Virus genome (UHGV): UHGV-1373577
DNA length: 58,666 nt
Reading direction: 5' to 3' (one strand)
Origin: a virus
Shown: positions 29,723 through 39,237 of the stretch, in pieces
How the letters are laid out: every line of letters begins with the position of its first letter
Numbering within the stretch: position 1 is the stretch's first letter
Notes under the pieces: generated by a model
What the model was told of the DNA's origin: nothing
Databases searched by the model: none
What the model saw: only the letters and a program-made list of their open reading frames with translations
Made by a program: the position numbers and the translations under genes

Positions 29723-30111
29723 GCCTCGATCACCACCGCGTCCTCGCCGCGAAGGTCGCCCGGCTCAGCCTTGCGCCAGCGCCCGGAGCCCTTGGCGTGC
29801 GAGGCGACAGCCCGGCACGCCACCGCCCGGGCGGGGTCGCAACCCTCCTTGCCGCGGTGCCACGCCAGGACGGGGATATCGCCCTTGTCGAACCACACCC
29901 GGGTCAGGACCCGCAGCATGGCGGCCACGCCGCAGGCCCGGGAGCGCCGGACCCGCTCGGGCTGGGCGCGGGGGTCGAAGGGGGCGGGCGACCAGATGAT
30001 GTCGAACTCGTTGACTCCGCCCCACAGGGCCTGCCCGCCGACGTTGTCGATGATGTGCACGCCGTTGGGGTGCATCTCGATGCGGATCGCAACCTTGCTG
30101 CCGCGGCTCAC
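29719..30111 (-). CDS. Hypothetical protein.
   Basis: GTG start overlaps the MazG stop (GTGA) after RBS GAGGAGGAA. 130 aa. Confidence 0.4.
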   Translation of the reverse strand: MSRGSKVAIRIEMHPNGVHIIDNVGGQALWGGVNEFDIIWSPAPFDPRAQPERVRRSRACGVAAMLRVLTRVWFDKGDIPVLAWHRGKEGCDPARAVACRAVASHAKGSGRWRKAEPGDLRGEDAVVIEA

Positions 30112-30629
30112 GGGTTGTTCCTCCTCTCGGTGTCGACGATGATGCGGGCGCACCAGGCCAGGGCCATGGCCGCCACCTGGATGAGCTCGTCGCGCAGCGG
30201 GGCCGCGTGGCCGACGGGGGTGTCGGCGTCGGGGGTCAGGGCGCGGGCCACCTCGCCGACCTCCTCGGCCAGGATCACGAACTTCATCTGCTCGGCCACC
30301 TCCGGGTTGAAGGGGGTGCGGCCGTGGTGCTTGTCGTAGGCGCGCTGGTACTCGGCGACGACCTCGTTCTCCAGGACGCGACGCGCCCGTCCCCGGCGGC
30401 GTCGCAGGCCGTGCAGGGACGTGCCGTCGGTCTTCTCATCGAGGTAGGCGACCCACAGGGCGGCGCGGGCGGCGATGGCGGACAGGGAGAATCGCTTGGC
30501 CCCGCTGCTCCAGGCGGCCGAGGTCAGGAACATGATCTCGGCCAGGTAGTTGTAGGGGTTGACGGTGTTGCAGCCCACGTAGTCGATCTCGTCGACGGCA
30601 CGGGCGACAGCGGGGTCGATGTCACTCAT
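30108..30629 (-). CDS. MazG-like nucleotide pyrophosphohydrolase.
   Basis: KHHGRTPFNPEVAEQMKFVILAEEVGEVARAL...RDELIQVAAMALAW resembles the MazG EExxE helices. Confidence 0.45.
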   Translation of the reverse strand: MSDIDPAVARAVDEIDYVGCNTVNPYNYLAEIMFLTSAAWSSGAKRFSLSAIAARAALWVAYLDEKTDGTSLHGLRRRRGRARRVLENEVVAEYQRAYDKHHGRTPFNPEVAEQMKFVILAEEVGEVARALTPDADTPVGHAAPLRDELIQVAAMALAWCARIIVDTERRNNP

Positions 30630-31203
30630 CGGTGCTCTCCTTCTTGTTGTTCCCGGCCTCGACCTGTGCGGCCAGGCGGCGGATGGTGTCGGCGAGCTCG
30701 GCTCGCTCCTCGTCGAGGTACTTCAGGTCGCGCTGAGCGCGCAGGAGCCGCAGCTCGGTATCGCTGGGCCAGGGGACGGAGGCCTCCACGTATCCGTGGC
30801 TGCCGACGTTCTCCGGGTCGACGCAGGTGTTGTAGTACAGGCGCCCGCCCCGGGTGAACAGCATGCCCGCCAGGGCGGTCACGTTCGTGGTGTCGACACC
30901 GGCGGCCTTCAGGACGATCTTCGCGTCGCGGATGAAGGCGTACGGGGCGCAGTCGGAGTGCCGGATGTTGTCGTGGATTCCGTCGTAGAGGCGGATCTTG
31001 CGCTCCAGGTACCACAGCGCCTTGTACAGGTCGGCCAGGGGGTCGGCGCCCCTCTTGCGCCCCTCGCGGCAGATGTACTTGACGACGTTGCCGGACAGGA
31101 AGTCCAGGTGCTCGGTGATCTCGATGACCTCGCGGTCGCCGAGCTTGTAGTGGGGTGGGTGGTTGATCATGTCGTCGGACACGCTCTCTTCCTCTCTTGT
31201 CAT
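30622..31203 (-). CDS. DUF3310-like phage protein (HPxHY motif).
   Basis: MINHPPHYKLGDREVIEI...GNVVKYICR matches the DUF3310 signature as remembered. ATGA overlap with the polymerase stop. Confidence 0.5.
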   Translation of the reverse strand: MTREEESVSDDMINHPPHYKLGDREVIEITEHLDFLSGNVVKYICREGRKRGADPLADLYKALWYLERKIRLYDGIHDNIRHSDCAPYAFIRDAKIVLKAAGVDTTNVTALAGMLFTRGGRLYYNTCVDPENVGSHGYVEASVPWPSDTELRLLRAQRDLKYLDEERAELADTIRRLAAQVEAGNNKKESTDE

Positions 31204-33437
31204 TCCTTGTGGTACCGCTGGCAGGTGTAACCGGCGGCCTTGATCACGAGATCGTCGTCGGCCCAGGCGGGCGGACGGCACATGATCTCGGACACTTCGG
31301 TAATAAGCTCGGTCTCTTCGAGACCTCGCCTATTCTCAGGGATTTCGCAGACGACTTCGTCGTGGATGTGGGTGACGACGGGCCACCCGGCCTCTTCCAA
31401 AGCGCGAAGCGCTTGGACGAGGATGTCGCGTGCGACGGCCTGCACGATGTTCTCGGTGATGATGCCCCCGTGCAGGGGCTTGTAGGGGACCCGGGCCCTG
31501 TCGCCCCCCGTGTTGAGGACGTGGGGTACGAGGCGGGCCGGACCCAGCGGGGTGCCGTCGACGTCGAGGGGCTGCCTCCAGCGGCGGGTGAGGCCCCGGT
31601 AGACGATGGGCCTCTTGGAGGGCAGCCACACGTAGCGGTCCTGCCCCTTGACCTCGATGCTGACCAGGCCGGTTTCGACACCCCCACCGGTGTAGAGGAT
31701 GCGCTCCAGCTGCGACCAGAAGCGCCGGACGGCGGGGGACTTGTCGCGCCAATTGTTAATGATGGCCTGCAATTCCTTGCGGAGAATATTCTCCGGGGTG
31801 CCTTTCGGCATGATTTTCCGACCGCCCATTTTGAGCGCCGCACCAACGCCCCCGCGATAGCCACAGCTGAGTACCATAACCTTGCCGTGCTGCCGATCGA
31901 AGCCTCTTTCCGGCCCTCCAAGTTTATCAGCAGTGGCGACATAAATGTCCTCGCCGTTGTGGAACGCGTCGAGCATCCACTGCTCACCGGCCAGCCACGC
32001 CAGCACCCGGGGCTCGATCGACGAGTAGTCGCACACGACAAACGGACCCATCAGCAACGGTCGGATCAGCTTCTTCAGCTCAGGCGAGGGGACCGAGCCC
32101 CCCGACAGCAGCCTGTCGACGGCCAGCCCCTCAGCCTGCGTGTCGTAGCCACCGTCCGGCCCCGGTTTCTTGAAGCCATCGCGGGCCAGGTTCTGGAACT
32201 GGATGAGCCGACCGGCGAACCGGCCCGTCGACGCACCGAAGTACTGCATAGTGCCCCGCAGGCGGCCGTCACCGCTCGTGGCCCGGATGGCGGCGGTGAA
32301 CTTCGCCGCGGCCGACACCGCACACTCCTGGCGCAGCACGAGCACCCGGCGGACGTCGTCGGGGATCTCGTCCTCCAGCAGGTCCTTCACCGTGTCCTTG
32401 CGCAGGTCCTCCGTGTCGACACCCCGGCTCTTCAGCCACGCCCTCAGCTGGACCACCGAGTTGCCGTTGTCGACACCGGCGATTTCCTCGATCTCCTTCA
32501 GCGCCTCGGCCCGGTTGTCCTTGAAGCAGCGCTCGGCGGCTCTCGCCAGCTCGACGTCGACACGAACGCCCCGATCGTTGATTCGCTGGTCGACCTCGTA
32601 GACGGCGCGCTCGTCGCGGGGGAAGTCGCGTGCGAGCCTCTTGGCGGCGTCGCGCATGGTCTCCACGTCCTGGTCGCAGTAGGCGCCGAACGCCGCCCAG
32701 TCGTCGGGCCGCTCAGCGGGGTTCACTCGTTCACCCCGCCGATTCGGCTTGGAGAACAGGTTGATGAGCCGGGCTCCGGCCTCGTCCTTCTCCTCAGCGC
32801 CCATGGCCAGGGCGAAGTCCTTCAGGGAGGCGGGCAGCCCCCACGCCCGTGCAAGGGCGGCGGTGTCGAAGAACTGCTCGGGTGGCAGAAATCCCCGCCT
32901 CTTGAGCCTCGACAGGTTGACGCGCTCGAAGGAGGCGTTGTGAGCGATCTTGAGGACCTTCTTGTCGAACAGGCCGGGGATCTTGAGGATCGCCTCGTGC
33001 CCTTCGGCCCGATGCACCTCGCCGTCGTTCAGAGCCCAGGAGCACATGAGGATCCGCCAATCCGGGTGCTCTGTATACTTATACACTCCGGCTTTTGCCA
33101 GGTCGACGGGCGAGTACGTCTCGATGTCGATCCACAGGACGTCCTGCGTCATCCACGGCGCCCCGCCCTTCTCCGAGGCGCTCACCGTCCAACGGCCCTG
33201 GAGGACAAGCGGCCAGATCTCGTCAAAGCCGCCGTCGGCGGGGGCCGTCCACGGACCCTCGACACCGAACAGGCCGATGGCCGGGCAGCGGGGGTCCAGA
33301 GGCCAGTCGGGCCCGGCCAGGTCGATGGACTTACCGATAGCCGACTTGATGTCGCACAGCACCCCGATCTGCTCTTCCGTCAGGTCACGGGGGTCGGGCA
33401 CCAGGAACACGGGCTTGGCGGCCCAGAAGTCACTCAC
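31200..33437 (-). CDS. Family A DNA polymerase with 3'-5' exonuclease domain.
   Basis: DIETYSPVD (Exo I). DYSSIEPRVLAWLAGE (motif A). KVMVLSCGYRGGVGAL (motif B). HDEVVCE (motif C). Confidence 0.85.
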   Translation of the reverse strand: MSDFWAAKPVFLVPDPRDLTEEQIGVLCDIKSAIGKSIDLAGPDWPLDPRCPAIGLFGVEGPWTAPADGGFDEIWPLVLQGRWTVSASEKGGAPWMTQDVLWIDIETYSPVDLAKAGVYKYTEHPDWRILMCSWALNDGEVHRAEGHEAILKIPGLFDKKVLKIAHNASFERVNLSRLKRRGFLPPEQFFDTAALARAWGLPASLKDFALAMGAEEKDEAGARLINLFSKPNRRGERVNPAERPDDWAAFGAYCDQDVETMRDAAKRLARDFPRDERAVYEVDQRINDRGVRVDVELARAAERCFKDNRAEALKEIEEIAGVDNGNSVVQLRAWLKSRGVDTEDLRKDTVKDLLEDEIPDDVRRVLVLRQECAVSAAAKFTAAIRATSGDGRLRGTMQYFGASTGRFAGRLIQFQNLARDGFKKPGPDGGYDTQAEGLAVDRLLSGGSVPSPELKKLIRPLLMGPFVVCDYSSIEPRVLAWLAGEQWMLDAFHNGEDIYVATADKLGGPERGFDRQHGKVMVLSCGYRGGVGAALKMGGRKIMPKGTPENILRKELQAIINNWRDKSPAVRRFWSQLERILYTGGGVETGLVSIEVKGQDRYVWLPSKRPIVYRGLTRRWRQPLDVDGTPLGPARLVPHVLNTGGDRARVPYKPLHGGIITENIVQAVARDILVQALRALEEAGWPVVTHIHDEVVCEIPENRRGLEETELITEVSEIMCRPPAWADDDLVIKAAGYTCQRYHKE

Positions 33438-34005
33438 CGTCGGCCTCCTGTTCCTGCTCCTGCGCCTTGATACGGCGGCGCTCCTCGCCCTTGACCCGCC
33501 ACGGAACCTCGCCGACCTTCTGGCGCACCTCGAACTTGGGGCGGAAGTCGATGTTGTCCGGCCCCCACGGCAGGCTGCTGTCGGGACGCATGAACGACCA
33601 GCCGTCCATGTCGTCGAACGGGGGGAGGTTGAAGTTGGACAGGACCCAGTTGACGGCCTCCGTGCCGTTGGCCCACGTCATGCCCCCGGGGCTCTTGCGC
33701 CAGTTGTCGGCCCGCTTGAGCAGGGACTTGCGCAGGCGCAGGTCGCTCGCGGCCCGCTGGCGCCCCTTGGCCTTGATGCCCGCCTTGCAGCCGCACAGCG
33801 GCCCTTCGAGCAGCCCCGACGCGGACGCCTGGCTGTGCCGTCCGCAGAAGACGCACTTGATGTCGAACACGGCGCCGCGGGTGGACGTCCACCCCGCCGG
33901 GTCGAGGGACGTGATGCGCCAGTCGCCGAAGCGGTGGTCGAGCAGCGCCCCCAGGAGTGGGTGGGGTGAGTAGATGGTCTTGGCCGGCTCTCGGTGGGTG
34001 ATCAT
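33430..34005 (-). CDS. HNH-like / zinc-finger protein.
   Basis: CVFCG...CGC Cys cluster. Basic. 191 aa between polymerase and primase. Confidence 0.35.
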   Translation of the reverse strand: MITHREPAKTIYSPHPLLGALLDHRFGDWRITSLDPAGWTSTRGAVFDIKCVFCGRHSQASASGLLEGPLCGCKAGIKAKGRQRAASDLRLRKSLLKRADNWRKSPGGMTWANGTEAVNWVLSNFNLPPFDDMDGWSFMRPDSSLPWGPDNIDFRPKFEVRQKVGEVPWRVKGEERRRIKAQEQEQEADGE

Positions 34006-34037
34006 GGTTCTCTCTCTCTTCTTGTTGTGCTGGTTTG

Positions 34038-36476
34038 CTATGCGTCGGTTACGGTCCGGGCGGTGTAGACGACCTCGCGGTCACCCGGGCGTTCGGGGTT
34101 TGGCAGAATGTCTCGCAGGGTTCCCTTCTTCTGACAGTGCATGAGGACTCGGGTGAGCGCCTCGGGCCCGTCGAACTTGTTCTGGAACTTGGTGACCAAG
34201 GCCGCGTACGACACCCGGTGACCGGGCTGGGAGGCGACCCACTGCTCGACGTCAGACACCATGCGGGAGAACCCGTTGGAGTCGACCTGGTTGACCAGGG
34301 CCTCGGCGCACCTGGCCCACGTCCCGGCCAGGTCGATCGCCTTGACGACGTGGCGCAGCTCGATGGTGTCCTTCATCTCCGTCATGGCCAGCAGGGCCGC
34401 CACCCGCAGGGCGGAGAACGACAGCCGTTCGCAGGTGGGGAACAGGGCCACGGCGTTGAGCGGGTGGTTGGCGGCCAGGAACGTGACGTCGTAGGCGAAG
34501 CACTTCCACCGCTCCAGGGCGTCCTCATTGCACTTGAGGGGCACGCGCAGGTCGTCGAACGGACCCGACACCGGGACGGCGGCCTGGAATCCCTTGTCCC
34601 AGTGCTTGACCACGGAGGTCAGGTGGTGGATGAGCATGTCGCGCACCTGGTCGACACGGGCCCGCTCGCCGGTGCGCCACGCGACGTCGTTGGCACCGGG
34701 GTCGAAGCCCTCGCGGGAGTCGACGACGACCAGGCACCGGGGCACGAAGCCGGAGATGATGCGCTCCATGGTCAGGTAGCGGGCGGTGAGGTCGAAGATG
34801 CCGGTGCCGTAGAACGACATCTGGTGGTCGACACCGCCCTTTCTGGCCAGGCCCCCGGTCTTGCGCAGGATGGCGGGCACGCGCCCGTCGTAGATCTTGG
34901 TGAGCATGGGGATGAAGGAGGCCATGTAGGAGCCCTTGCGGGAGGCGGCTGCGAAGGTGTCCTGGACTTCGTCGACGCTGAGCAGCGTGGACAGGCGGGG
35001 CAGGTCGCCCAGCCATTCCTGGAGGGCCTCGGCGGTGGCGTCCTCGGGGGCCTCGTAGCCGCTGCTGTCGACACCCACCTCCTCAGCCACGTCGTTCAGG
35101 ACGCCGCGGGCCAGGCGCAGGGCGGTGCTCTTGCGGGACTGCGTGGTGCGGCCCAGGACCAACCAGTAGAGGTTGAGGCCCATGTCGGTGAAGGTGAGCG
35201 GCAGTTTGGCGTAGCGCGACAGGAGGGCGGAGAGCATGGCCAGGCCGCCCGCCACGGAGAACTCCCATGGGGCCTGCGGGGACTTGTGCCCCACCCATGA
35301 GGTGAAGGCGTCGATGAACGTGTCGTTGATGGGCTGCTCCTCGGGGTGGAGGAACTGCACGCGCGTCCAGTACAGGCCGTTGGCGTCGGCGTCGAGCACG
35401 GAGGGCAGGCGGTCGACAAGCGCTTCTGGCGAAGATTCGTCGCCGAACTGGTTGACTCCCTCCAAGGGCGTAAGCCCGAGGACCCGGAGGATGTCGGCGT
35501 CGTCGTCCATGATGAAGTCCTCGCCGTCGTGGTACTGCCTCCACCTTGCGGCGTCGCGCTGAACCTGCACCCACAAGTCGATGTCGGGGCGGTTGTCGCG
35601 CCGGTACTTGTTGCAGGCGGCCTCGTGCAGGACGAGGTAGCAGGAGCGGGCGTCGAACCCGGCCTCCATGAGGATGCATTGGAGGTGGTACATGCGGGCG
35701 GACCAGTCGTCGCCGATCTCGGGGCGGATCATGAACAGGTCGTTGGCGACGGAGTTGTTGACCAGGGCGAGCAGGCGGTAGATCTCGTTGGGGTCCTGCT
35801 CCTGGGGGACCTTGGAGTCGAGCTCCTCCTGGGACAGCGGTTCGGCCGGGGGGTAGTGGGCGGCGAACTCGGCGACGGTGACGGCCTCGCCCTCGCGCTG
35901 GATTTCGACCAGGTCGACACCGCCCGCCCCTCTTCTCCTGACGGTCTCCTCGGAGTACTGGGTGACGCGAAACGGCGCACCGTACTCGGGCTTGGTGTTG
36001 TAGGACCAGGGGACGCGCAGCATCTTGGCCAGGGGCCAGCCGCGGTCCATGCCGTCGGCGGCATGAGCGTTGTACAGTCCGTGAGACAGGTCCTCCAGGT
36101 CGTTGTTCGACAGGTTCTCGGCGTCCAGGAACCGCCAGTAGCCGTGCCAGTGGCCGGGGGACGTGCGCACGAACGTGGTGGGGAGGATGGCGAGCTTGGA
36201 GGGGTCCATGTCGTCGCCGTCGCAGTAGACGACGTCGCAGCGCAGCACGTTGGCCTTGGTGGCGTGGCGGGGGTCGGTCAGGGAGGGGGGCTGGGTGAAC
36301 GTCATGGGCTTGAAGTAGACGTCGCCTGCGCCGTGAGCCTCGACGTAGCGCCCCATGGCGGCCTTCTCGTCGGGCCAGGAGAACCACTTGAAGACGGTGA
36401 GGCGCCCGAAGGGGTCCTTGGTGATGATGGGCACCCAGCCGGGCGCGTCTGGCAGTACCTCCTCGAAGAAGGCCAT
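34038..36476 (-). CDS. DNA primase-polymerase / helicase-like replication protein.
   Basis: 812 aa. N-terminal prim-pol-like region (DVYF...HWHGYWRF). Central P-loop-like LVLGRTTQSRKSTAL. Size and position next to the polymerase. Confidence 0.55.
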   Translation of the reverse strand: MAFFEEVLPDAPGWVPIITKDPFGRLTVFKWFSWPDEKAAMGRYVEAHGAGDVYFKPMTFTQPPSLTDPRHATKANVLRCDVVYCDGDDMDPSKLAILPTTFVRTSPGHWHGYWRFLDAENLSNNDLEDLSHGLYNAHAADGMDRGWPLAKMLRVPWSYNTKPEYGAPFRVTQYSEETVRRRGAGGVDLVEIQREGEAVTVAEFAAHYPPAEPLSQEELDSKVPQEQDPNEIYRLLALVNNSVANDLFMIRPEIGDDWSARMYHLQCILMEAGFDARSCYLVLHEAACNKYRRDNRPDIDLWVQVQRDAARWRQYHDGEDFIMDDDADILRVLGLTPLEGVNQFGDESSPEALVDRLPSVLDADANGLYWTRVQFLHPEEQPINDTFIDAFTSWVGHKSPQAPWEFSVAGGLAMLSALLSRYAKLPLTFTDMGLNLYWLVLGRTTQSRKSTALRLARGVLNDVAEEVGVDSSGYEAPEDATAEALQEWLGDLPRLSTLLSVDEVQDTFAAASRKGSYMASFIPMLTKIYDGRVPAILRKTGGLARKGGVDHQMSFYGTGIFDLTARYLTMERIISGFVPRCLVVVDSREGFDPGANDVAWRTGERARVDQVRDMLIHHLTSVVKHWDKGFQAAVPVSGPFDDLRVPLKCNEDALERWKCFAYDVTFLAANHPLNAVALFPTCERLSFSALRVAALLAMTEMKDTIELRHVVKAIDLAGTWARCAEALVNQVDSNGFSRMVSDVEQWVASQPGHRVSYAALVTKFQNKFDGPEALTRVLMHCQKKGTLRDILPNPERPGDREVVYTARTVTDA

Positions 36477-36568
36477 GGTTCTCTTTCTTTTCCTTCTTTG
36501 TTTCCGTCTCTTCCGCGGGGACGACGGGGCCCCGACGCCGTCAGTTTAGCGACGCCGGGGCCCGGCCG

Positions 36569-36838
36569 TCAGTCGAAGGTCTTGTCAGTGGCGCTCACCA
36601 GGTGAACGACGTGGACGGGGTCGGTGCCCTGAGCGTGGGCCCAGAGGGCGCTCTCGTCGTAGCGTCCGTCCCACCACTTCTCGTGGCCTCCTCGGGCGCG
36701 GCTGTCGTAGACGTCGAGGGTGTCGACGTCGTCGACGCGGTCGTAGCCGCTCTCGTAGCCTCGGACGACGATGATGGTGTCGCCTCCCTCCTTGTCGCGC
36801 ATCTGCGTCAGCTTCTCGATGAGTTCGTCGAGGGTCAT
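36569..36838 (-). CDS. Hypothetical protein.
   Basis: 89-aa ORF with RBS. Confidence 0.35.
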   Translation of the reverse strand: MTLDELIEKLTQMRDKEGGDTIIVVRGYESGYDRVDDVDTLDVYDSRARGGHEKWWDGRYDESALWAHAQGTDPVHVVHLVSATDKTFD

Positions 36839-36859
36839 CGGTTACTCCTCTTCTTCTTA

Positions 36860-37159
36860 TTACGATGTGAGCTCGTCCAGGACCCACAGCAGAAGTCTGC
36901 GACCGGAGGGCTTGAGGGATCGCGAAGCGAACACGATGAGCCCGATGTCCGAGATGATCGCGCTCCTCTGTCGTCCGCCCTCGGTCTCCAGCTCCGGGTA
37001 CGCCTTGTCCCCGTCGGCCACCGAGCGGGCGATGGCGTACCCGTCACGGAACCCCAGGGCCCTGGCGAGGTCCGAGGCGGCGAACCAGAGGTGGCGGCCG
37101 TCGTGGTAGGTGCGGATGACATGCCCCTCGTAGTGCATGTTCTGTGTTCTGTCCATCAC
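36860..37159 (-). CDS. Bro-N domain protein (paralog 1).
   Basis: HVIRTYHDGRHLWFAASDLARALGF matches the Bro-N core (VR....WF.A.DVA..LG). Confidence 0.5.
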   Translation of the reverse strand: MMDRTQNMHYEGHVIRTYHDGRHLWFAASDLARALGFRDGYAIARSVADGDKAYPELETEGGRQRSAIISDIGLIVFASRSLKPSGRRLLLWVLDELTS

Positions 37160-37926
37160 TTCTTCTCCTTGTTCTTCTTGGCTTCCCTCTTCTCCGGGAA
37201 GCCCTTGGCGTAGCTCTCGCTCCAGGCGCAGTCGAAGATCGGGCGGTCGGCCTCGGTGTAGACGCAGACCTCGTGGACCTGACCGGAAGGGGTCTCGTCG
37301 AAGCGCTTGCCAGGTTCGACACCCCGCTCGGCCTTGTAGGCCTTCTTGACGTACTTGCCGAAGGTGGGGGCGTAGCTCTTGATGTTGTCGCTCGACACCC
37401 CCTGCTCGCGCATGTAGTCCTGGATGTAGAGGGGTCGCGCGCTCGCTTCGATCTCGGGCGTGTCGCCCATGGCCCGGGCCAGGACGATCTTGGCCTTGGC
37501 CTCCAGGTAGTCCCTGGCGATGACGTTCTTCAGGGTGTCGAGGACACGGGCCTGGATCTCGAAGCCGGTTGTTGCGGTCGGCGCCGCCCCGGGCCGACTG
37601 TAGGACCCGGTCCGTCGGATCGACGGCAGGACCTCGTGGGTGACCCAGCGTCGGAACGGCGTGGCCGCCTCGACACGAGCCCGCATGAGCACCGTAACCA
37701 GTCCAGCCTCGGAGATGGTGCTGAGTGTCTGCTCTCCTCCAGGGGTACTAACAATGGTAGTACCCCTCTCGTCCTCGTCGACGCCCTTGATGGTGTTTGC
37801 GGCATCACGGTGTCCGAGGATGCGGGCGACGTCGGCGGCGATGAACCAGGCCATGCCCTTCTCGTCCTCGTAGGCTCGGAGCCTCTCGTCCCCGTAGTGG
37901 AACGGGGTCAGTGCAGTGTCCGTCAC
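37156..37926 (-). CDS. Bro-N domain antirepressor-like protein (paralog 2, with C-terminal extension).
   Basis: GMAWFIAADVARILGHRD Bro-N core. 256 aa. Confidence 0.5.
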   Translation of the reverse strand: MTDTALTPFHYGDERLRAYEDEKGMAWFIAADVARILGHRDAANTIKGVDEDERGTTIVSTPGGEQTLSTISEAGLVTVLMRARVEAATPFRRWVTHEVLPSIRRTGSYSRPGAAPTATTGFEIQARVLDTLKNVIARDYLEAKAKIVLARAMGDTPEIEASARPLYIQDYMREQGVSSDNIKSYAPTFGKYVKKAYKAERGVEPGKRFDETPSGQVHEVCVYTEADRPIFDCAWSESYAKGFPEKREAKKNKEKK

Positions 37927-37983
37927 AGTTTTCCTCTCTTTCTTGGCGACTGGTCGAGACCTCTCGGTCGGCCCCGATGGTGA

Positions 37984-38217
37984 CTACCCTACCCTACTAC
38001 CGCGGGGGCCCGCAAGACGTGGACCGATGGTGGCCAGCCACATGGTGAACGTGCGCCGGTCGATGAAAACCATCTCGCGGACCTTGCCATCCGCGGCAAC
38101 CGAGGTCATCATGACCTCAACTGCCCAGGACTGACGCTGGAGCCGGTGACGCTGCGAGTGCACGTCCAGACCGAGCGCCTCGCAGACAGGGCGCAGGGCG
38201 ACGTGAGCCCAACTCAT
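37984..38217 (-). CDS. P22 antirepressor N-terminal (AR_N)-like domain protein.
   Basis: CEALGLDVHSQRHRLQRQSW...REMVFIDRRTFTMWLATI resembles the P22_AR_N profile as remembered. Confidence 0.4.
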   Translation of the reverse strand: MSWAHVALRPVCEALGLDVHSQRHRLQRQSWAVEVMMTSVAADGKVREMVFIDRRTFTMWLATIGPRLAGPRGSRVG

Positions 38218-38555
38218 ACCATCCCCCGTCCCTCCTCTCTCGCCCGCTCCCTGGCGTCCTTGCGCAGCTCGACATCCAGGACCTCATCCAGCAGCCAGCG
38301 GTAGAAGCCCTCGGACCGCTCGGACCGGGACCGGAACGCCAGGCCGATCAGCGCCCGGGCCGACACCGCCCTGGCATCATGTACCCCCCGGCGCCCAGAC
38401 ACCTTGAACCAGCGGACCTCGTTCTTGCTGAACCTGCGCAGCATGTTGGGCGAGTCCCGGTACCCCAGGGCCACGGCCACGTCCGCGGCGACGAACCAGG
38501 CGCCGTCGTCATCGACGAACGCCCGCAGTTCATTCTTCTCGTAGTAGAACAAAAG
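38214..38555 (-). CDS. Bro-N domain protein (paralog 3).
   Basis: ELRAFVDDDGAWFVAADVAVALGYRD Bro-N core. Start taken at MLLFYYEK. Confidence 0.5.
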   Translation of the reverse strand, partial: LLFYYEKNELRAFVDDDGAWFVAADVAVALGYRDSPNMLRRFSKNEVRWFKVSGRRGVHDARAVSARALIGLAFRSRSERSEGFYRWLLDEVLDVELRKDARERAREEGRGMV

Positions 38556-38625
38556 CATGGCTTCTCCTTCCCCGACACGGCCGGGGCCCCGCCATGCAGC
38601 AGGACCCCGGCCGGTCATCATGGGA

Positions 38626-39237
38626 TCAGAACGGAGTGGTCGAGCTGTCGACCGGCTCGTACTCCACCTCGTCGACCTGCCCCCGCGGGCTGCCCATCAG
38701 CGGGGTGCCGTCGGGGTTGAACATCGGCTGCCCGGTCTCGCGGTCCACGCGCTGACGCGGCGGGGCCACCGACGTCTTGATCGTGCACTTGCGGCGCAGC
38801 ATCAGAGCGAACAGGCGGTCGACAGTCGTCTTCAGCCCAGCCGCGTTGAGCATGGGCGCCCGCTCACGCGGGTCCTCGCGCCACAGGTCCACAGCCTCCA
38901 GCATCCGCCGGAAACCGGGGTTGAGGACCCGCGTGGTCCGCCCCTGCTCCGTGCGCTTGAAGTAGAGGACCGTGTACCCCAGCACGACGACACCGTGGTC
39001 GGGGTCGTTGGTGTCGTCGATGGCGTACGTGAGGACGGCCATCGGCAGGCCCTTGGACGACAGCCGGCACTCCGTCTTGGTGACGACGGCGTTGTGGTAC
39101 CCGGGCTCGGGGGCACGGAACGAGAACTCCTCCGCGACCTCCACCTGGGACAGGTCGAGGCCGTCCAGGGCGGTGAGGTCCGCGCCGGACGTACCGGCGG
39201 GGGCGAACGAGGCGAAGGGGTCGTTGTTGGTGGTCAT
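38626..39237 (-). CDS. SSB-like / DUF669-like protein partnered with the RecA-like ATPase.
   Basis: 203 aa immediately downstream of the Sak4-like gene, overlapping its stop (ATGA). Assignment is by context only. Confidence 0.3.
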   Translation of the reverse strand: MTTNNDPFASFAPAGTSGADLTALDGLDLSQVEVAEEFSFRAPEPGYHNAVVTKTECRLSSKGLPMAVLTYAIDDTNDPDHGVVVLGYTVLYFKRTEQGRTTRVLNPGFRRMLEAVDLWREDPRERAPMLNAAGLKTTVDRLFALMLRRKCTIKTSVAPPRQRVDRETGQPMFNPDGTPLMGSPRGQVDEVEYEPVDSSTTPF

